A DNA stretch of 30,241 nt from an uncultured cyanobacterium. GTDB taxonomy: Bacteria > Cyanobacteriota > Cyanobacteriia > CACIAM-69d. This document shows positions 26,203-30,241 of this stretch, in pieces. The position numbers were made by a program, and so were the translations under genes. The notes below the pieces were generated by a model. That model did not search any database. It was not told where the DNA came from and saw nothing but the letters and a program-made list of their open reading frames with translations. How positions within the stretch are numbered: the stretch's first letter is position 1; each line of letters begins with the position of its first letter. The stretch is from positions 1 to 30,241 of the forward strand of contig CALGDE010000005.1 of NCBI GenBank assembly GCA_937883785.1. Direction: 5' to 3'.

Positions 26203-26276
26203 AAGCGTCTAGGGCTGCCATTGTCTAAAACTCAAAGCCATTAACTACAGGGGTTTTAGCCCTAGACGCTTTTTTG
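26203..26276 (+). terminator. Strong hairpin (14-bp perfect stem AAGCGTCTAGGGCT/AGCCCTAGACGCTT, 41-nt loop) followed by TTTTTT
   Basis: It reads as an intrinsic terminator on the plus strand, although no plus-strand CDS precedes it. It may terminate an sRNA transcribed from about 25900. Confidence 0.45.
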
Positions 26277-26390
26277 AAAAGGGCGTGGCCTCCCCACTGG
26301 GTAAGGCTTCTTGGATTTGTATTGGTGACACGCCACAGGGGCACCTGCGAACTGCGAAAGTTGTCGTCACAGGCTTGATTCGAATCACCG

Positions 26391-26417
26391 TGATTGTGAT
26401 TGTGATTGTGATTGTTG
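26391..26417. repeat. Hexanucleotide microsatellite (TGATTG)x4.5
   Basis: tgattgtgattgtgattgtgattgttg, about 130 bp upstream of lepA. It is the source of the spurious NHNHNHNH ORF on the minus strand. Confidence 0.8.
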
Positions 26418-26473
26418 CTTATTCTGGTGTGGGCTAACCTCAAAACCTCTATTAGCATTACACTGCAAAGTAC

Positions 26474-26508
26474 GGCGAAGTTAATTCAATTAACTTATTA
26501 ACTTCGCC
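26474..26508. promoter_or_regulatory. Perfect 11-bp inverted repeat GGCGAAGTTAA-N13-TTAACTTCGCC, 40 bp upstream of the lepA start
   Basis: The spacer is itself partly palindromic (TTCAATTAACTTA). Confidence 0.45.
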
Positions 26509-26547
26509 AAATGCCTATCAGTCACCCAGCGCCACATTGCCCCATTC

Positions 26548-28362
26548 ATGACCGACGCACCTGTTTCAAAAATTCGCAATTTTTCCATCGTCGCCCACAT
26601 TGACCATGGAAAGTCTACCCTTGCGGACCGTCTGCTTCAGGATACCGGCACCGTAGAAGACCGGAAGATGAAGGAGCAGTTCCTGGACAATATGGATCTG
26701 GAGCGGGAGCGGGGGATCACCATTAAGCTGCAAGCGGCCCGCATGAATTACAAGGCGGAAAATGGTGATAACTATGTGCTGAATCTGATTGATACGCCGG
26801 GGCACGTGGATTTTTCCTACGAGGTGTCCCGCAGTTTGGCCGCCTGTGAGGGGGCGCTGCTGGTGGTGGATGCGTCCCAGGGGGTGGAGGCACAGACATT
26901 GGCTAATGTGTATTTGGCGCTGGAAAACGATCTGGAAATTATTCCGGTGCTAAACAAAATTGACCTGCCGGGGGCGGAGCCGGAGCAGGTGATTCAGGAA
27001 ATTGAGGAAGTGATTGGGCTGGATTGTTCCAATGCGATTATGGCGTCGGCGAAGACGGGCATTGGGATTCCTGAGATTTTGGAGTCCATTGTGCAGCAGG
27101 TGCCGCCGCCGGTGGATACGGTGGAAGATCCGTTGCGGGCGCTGATTTTTGATAGCTATTACGATAGCTATCGAGGTGTGATTGTGTATTTTCGGGTGAT
27201 GGATGGGACCCTGAAGAAGGGCGATCGCGTCAAGCTTATGGCGTCGGGGCAAGAGTACGAAATTGATGAGCTGGGGGTGCTGGCTCCCACGGAAAAGCAA
27301 GTGGGTCAGCTTCACGCGGGAGAAGTGGGCTATTTTTCGGCTTCCATTAAAAGTGTGGAAGATGCCCGGGTGGGCGACACGGTGACCATGGCACGGAAGC
27401 CAGCAACGGAGCCTTTGCCTGGCTACACGGAAGCTAAGCCCATGGTATTTTGCGGGCTATTTCCCACCGATGCCGACCAGTTCACTGAGCTACGGGAAGC
27501 GCTGGAACGGTTGAAGCTTAATGATGCGGCGCTGAGCTTTGAGCCTGAAACCTCCAGCGCTATGGGCTTTGGGTTCCGCTGTGGTTTCCTGGGGCTGCTC
27601 CATATGGAAATTGTGCAGGAGCGTTTGGAGCGGGAATATAACTTGGACCTGATTGCCACGGCACCGTCGGTGGTTTATCGGGTAACCACCGTGGAGGGGG
27701 AGGTGAGCTATATCGATAACCCCAGCGCGTTGCCTGACCCCCAATATCGGGAAAAAATCGAAGAGCCCTATGTGCAGGTGGATATGATTACTCCTGAGGA
27801 GTTTGTGGGGACCCTGATGGAGCTGGGGCAAAGTCGGCGCGGTATTTTTAAGGATATGCGCTATTTGACCAAGGGACGCACGACTCTGGTGTATGAGATT
27901 CCCCTGGCGGAGGTGGTGACGGATTTCTTTGACCAGCTGAAGTCGCGATCGCGGGGCTATGCCAGCATGGAGTACCAGTTCCTGGACTATCGCGCTGATA
28001 AATTGGTGCGGCTGGATGTGATGATCAACGCGGACCGGGTGGATTCGCTGGCGGCGATCGTGCATCAGGATAAGGCGTATCACGTGGGGCGGGCGCTGGT
28101 GACGAAGCTGAAGGAGTTAATTCCCCGCCACCAGTTTAAGATTCCTATTCAGGCGGGCATTGGGTCACGCATTGTAGCCAGCGCCCAAATTCCGGCGCTG
28201 CGGAAGGATGTATTGGCAAAATGCTACGGCGGCGATATTTCCCGGAAAAAGAAGCTGCTGAAAAAGCAGGCGAAGGGTAAAAAGCGCATGAAGTCTATTG
28301 GTACCGTGGATGTGCCCCAGTCAGCGTTTATGGCGGTGTTACAGCTTAAGCCTGAAGGGTAA
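26548..28362 (+). CDS. lepA: Elongation factor 4 (LepA)
   Basis: G-domain motifs [14 protein letters not shown] and NKID, plus the LepA-specific C-terminal domain. Confidence 0.95.
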   Translation: MTDAPVSKIRNFSIVAHIDHGKSTLADRLLQDTGTVEDRKMKEQFLDNMDLERERGITIKLQAARMNYKAENGDNYVLNLIDTPGHVDFSYEVSRSLAACEGALLVVDASQGVEAQTLANVYLALENDLEIIPVLNKIDLPGAEPEQVIQEIEEVIGLDCSNAIMASAKTGIGIPEILESIVQQVPPPVDTVEDPLRALIFDSYYDSYRGVIVYFRVMDGTLKKGDRVKLMASGQEYEIDELGVLAPTEKQVGQLHAGEVGYFSASIKSVEDARVGDTVTMARKPATEPLPGYTEAKPMVFCGLFPTDADQFTELREALERLKLNDAALSFEPETSSAMGFGFRCGFLGLLHMEIVQERLEREYNLDLIATAPSVVYRVTTVEGEVSYIDNPSALPDPQYREKIEEPYVQVDMITPEEFVGTLMELGQSRRGIFKDMRYLTKGRTTLVYEIPLAEVVTDFFDQLKSRSRGYASMEYQFLDYRADKLVRLDVMINADRVDSLAAIVHQDKAYHVGRALVTKLKELIPRHQFKIPIQAGIGSRIVASAQIPALRKDVLAKCYGGDISRKKKLLKKQAKGKKRMKSIGTVDVPQSAFMAVLQLKPEG

Positions 28363-28390
28363 ATTGATGGGACGTTAGGAGAAATCAGCC

Positions 28391-29149
28391 ATGGGCGATC
28401 GCCGACCCCCCCGCTACCGACAGGATTACCAAGATGGTTATCGGGACGACTACCGCGATGGTTATCAAGATGATTACCGGGATGATTATGGCGATAGCTA
28501 TGGGGACGACTATGGGGATGGGGCTCGCGATCGCCCCCAACGGTCCAGAATTCGTGACGGCTATGAGCGTGACAACAACGAGCTGAGCTATATTCCGCGT
28601 GCCCCCGTGTGGCGGCGAGGGGTGGCTACGGCGATCGACGGGATCGGCTGCTGGAGTTTGGGATCCATGCTCGGTCCCGCGTCCCACGTAGTCTTGTTTG
28701 TGGTGCTGTGGTGGCTGCTGCGGGTGGCGATGGTGGCCAACAATCGCGGGCAAAGCTTGGGGCGGCTGGCGATGAATATCAAAGTTATTGAAGGTCAGGA
28801 TTTCAACTATGCCGACGGAGACCAGGGGCGCTACGGGAGACGGGCTCCTCGTGTTCCCACCCTGCTGGAGCTAACTAAGCGAGAAGCTATTCTGTGTGGA
28901 GAACTGCTGTTGGGATTTATCTCCCTGGACCTAATTGCCCGCATCAATCCGGCGGCTTTGTTGACCGCTTCCCCGCTTGTGGCTGATTACGTGGTGGCTT
29001 ATTTGGATGAGGAGCGTCGCCAAGCAATCCACGATCGCGTAATCGACAGCATTGTGGTGCAGACGCGCCGAGGCTTTTCCCTACACATCAAAGGGCGGCG
29101 ATGGTTCGCCCAGCTTCTGGATCAATCGGAACGTTTTATGCGAAAATGA
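28391..29149 (+). CDS. RDD-family membrane protein with an N-terminal Asp/Tyr/Arg-rich tandem-repeat region
   Basis: N-terminal YRDDYRDGYQDDYRDDYGDSYGDDYGDG repeats are followed by an RDD-like TM core (RRGVATAIDGIGCW...HVVLFVVLWWLL...GQSLGRLAMNIKV). It lies 29 bp downstream of lepA on the same strand. Confidence 0.65.
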   Translation: MGDRRPPRYRQDYQDGYRDDYRDGYQDDYRDDYGDSYGDDYGDGARDRPQRSRIRDGYERDNNELSYIPRAPVWRRGVATAIDGIGCWSLGSMLGPASHVVLFVVLWWLLRVAMVANNRGQSLGRLAMNIKVIEGQDFNYADGDQGRYGRRAPRVPTLLELTKREAILCGELLLGFISLDLIARINPAALLTASPLVADYVVAYLDEERRQAIHDRVIDSIVVQTRRGFSLHIKGRRWFAQLLDQSERFMRK

Positions 29150-29369
29150 GCGCCTGCGCAAAATTCTGCTGTTGGAAAAAGTCCTTACGACAACAGAGTT
29201 GCACTATTTTTTTTGGCTAGTTTTTCGCTTTTCGGTACCCCCTTAGAACGGAATCCCTAGTTAAATTCCAATCGCTGTATCACCAAAGTTTTTGGTTGCC
29301 GATTTTGGTGCCGCTTTCGGTGGTCCCTGTGATTCGCAGTTGTCCATAACAGCAAAAAGGAGTGCCCCC

Positions 29370-29564
29370 GTGGCTAAGAGTAAAGACGTTCGCATTGTAA
29401 TTACCCTGGAATGCACCGAGTGTCGGACTAATATCGACAAGCGTTCCCCCGGCGTGTCCCGCTACACCACCCAAAAGAACCGCCGCAACACCACCGGTCG
29501 CATGGAGCTGAAAAAGTTCTGCCCCAACTGCAACCGCCACACCAATCACAAAGAAACCAAGTAG
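29370..29564 (+). CDS. rpmG: 50S ribosomal protein L33
   Basis: GTG start (reads [19 protein letters not shown]...[15 protein letters not shown]) with an AAAAGGAG SD 9 nt upstream. The track ORF is over-extended upstream to 29292. Confidence 0.9.
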   Translation: MAKSKDVRIVITLECTECRTNIDKRSPGVSRYTTQKNRRNTTGRMELKKFCPNCNRHTNHKETK

Positions 29565-29659
29565 TGCCATAGCGCCGGGATAATCCAGATTTTTGCCCCT
29601 GTGCTGCTGCCTTTTTCTTGTTTAGTTGTTTTTAGTTTTTTAGTTAAGTTTTCGAACCC

Positions 29660-29875
29660 ATGGCCTACTATCGTCGCCGCGTATCACCCCTTAAGCCTGA
29701 TGAGCCCATTGACTATAAGGATGTGGATTTGCTCCGTCGTTTTATCACTGAGCGTGGCAAAATCTTGCCCCGTCGCGTCACCGGTTTGACCGCCAAGCAA
29801 CAGCGCCGCCTAACCATGGCGGTGAAGCGGGCTCGCCTGTTGGCATTGCTACCGTTTATTAACCAAGAAGCCTAA
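29660..29875 (+). CDS. rpsR: 30S ribosomal protein S18
   Basis: [51 protein letters not shown]... is canonical S18. Confidence 0.95.
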   Translation: MAYYRRRVSPLKPDEPIDYKDVDLLRRFITERGKILPRRVTGLTAKQQRRLTMAVKRARLLALLPFINQEA

Positions 29876-30009
29876 TTTCCCCAGCCTTCGGCGAATCCTT
29901 GGGAATTAGTCAAGAGGGGTGGAAGCTTTAGATAGAGAAAGCTTTCATTCCTCTTCTTTGATCAGTCATGAATATGCTCAGGTACGAGCTTTGGAGCGAG
30001 GGCAGACTA

Positions 30010-30241
30010 CTAAACGGCAATTTTCCAGCCGTGTGATCGCATTCTGGCGTCCCATAGGCGTTGATACAGCCCCTGCTGCTCCAGTAGAGAGTCATGGCGA
30101 CCTTGCTCAACGATGCGTCCTTGATCCAGGACCAAAATTTGATCGGCGGTGGCGATCGTCGTTAGTCGGTGGGCTATGACAATTAGCGCTGACGGGGTGA
30201 CAAGAAGGCTAAAAGGCTTCCTGTATCTTCCTCTTAGCCCT
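30010..30241 (-). CDS. ABC transporter ATP-binding protein, C-terminal end only (the gene starts beyond the window)
   Basis: Minus-strand translation reads ...[58 protein letters not shown]. This is the H-loop and C-terminal region of ABC exporter ATPases. The stop codon is at 30010-30012. Confidence 0.75.
   Translation of the reverse strand, partial: GLRGRYRKPFSLLVTPSALIVIAHRLTTIATADQILVLDQGRIVEQGRHDSLLEQQGLYQRLWDARMRSHGWKIAV

Noticed and set aside
26225-26458. 77-aa minus-strand ORF containing NHNHNHNH
   Set aside because: The His-Asn repeat is just the translation of the (TGATTG)n microsatellite. The ORF ends inside the large terminator hairpin and has no start context.
27490-28083. 197-aa His/Gln-rich minus-strand ORF (with 26950..27315- and 27423..27659-) inside lepA
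   Set aside because: Antisense to the highly conserved lepA. A typical GC-rich shadow ORF.
29166-29215. Possible intrinsic terminator after the RDD gene (CTGTTG...CAACAG, then T8)
   Set aside because: The stem is short and imperfect, and about 10 nt separate it from the T-run. Too weak to call as a feature.
1-30241. CRISPR arrays, integrase or phage genes, toxin-antitoxin pairs
   Set aside because: There are no short regularly spaced repeats and no recombinase besides the truncated IS transposase. The RHH gene has no adjacent toxin-like partner.

Overview
The window is almost certainly cyanobacterial chromosome: the HIP1 octamer GCGATCGC occurs dozens of times, and the gene content is cyanobacterial (acsF, Psb32-like TPM protein, pentapeptide-repeat protein). 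Most of it is ordinary core genes. On the minus strand these are acsF, a phoH-like ATPase, a KH-domain protein, rpsP and an SPFH/band-7 protein. On the plus strand they are rpsB-tsf, a UDP-glucuronate decarboxylase / UDP-glucose 6-dehydrogenase pair, RNase II/R, lepA with an RDD protein, and rpmG-rpsR. Other genes include a GAF-histidine kinase, a pentapeptide-repeat protein, DUF554 and TM2 proteins. The left edge carries a truncated IS5-family transposase gene directly downstream of acsF. The unusual part is a roughly 2-kb non-coding locus at 6138..8150. A 620-730-bp module is repeated three times in tandem there. Each module carries two directly abutting tRNA or tRNA-like genes on the minus strand, and the anticodons differ between modules (Lys-CUU, Leu-CAG, AAG, Gln-UUG and two defective bodies). 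The flanks of these genes, including their acceptor-stem halves, are nearly identical between modules. Each module also carries a third tRNA-like 3' part with an anticodon-like hairpin (UCG, GUC or UUU loop, with compensatory stem changes), a long variable arm and a T-arm, embedded in a roughly 400-bp conserved HIP1-containing core. I could not match this cassette-like architecture to any system I know. Other observations: four copies of a roughly 60-80-nt intergenic hairpin element, a small RHH gene flanked by tandem and palindromic repeats next to the kinase, a candidate sRNA/terminator hairpin, and a perfect palindrome and a hexanucleotide microsatellite upstream of lepA. Note that several ORFs in the supplied track begin with TTG; where an in-frame ATG exists just downstream I have used it.
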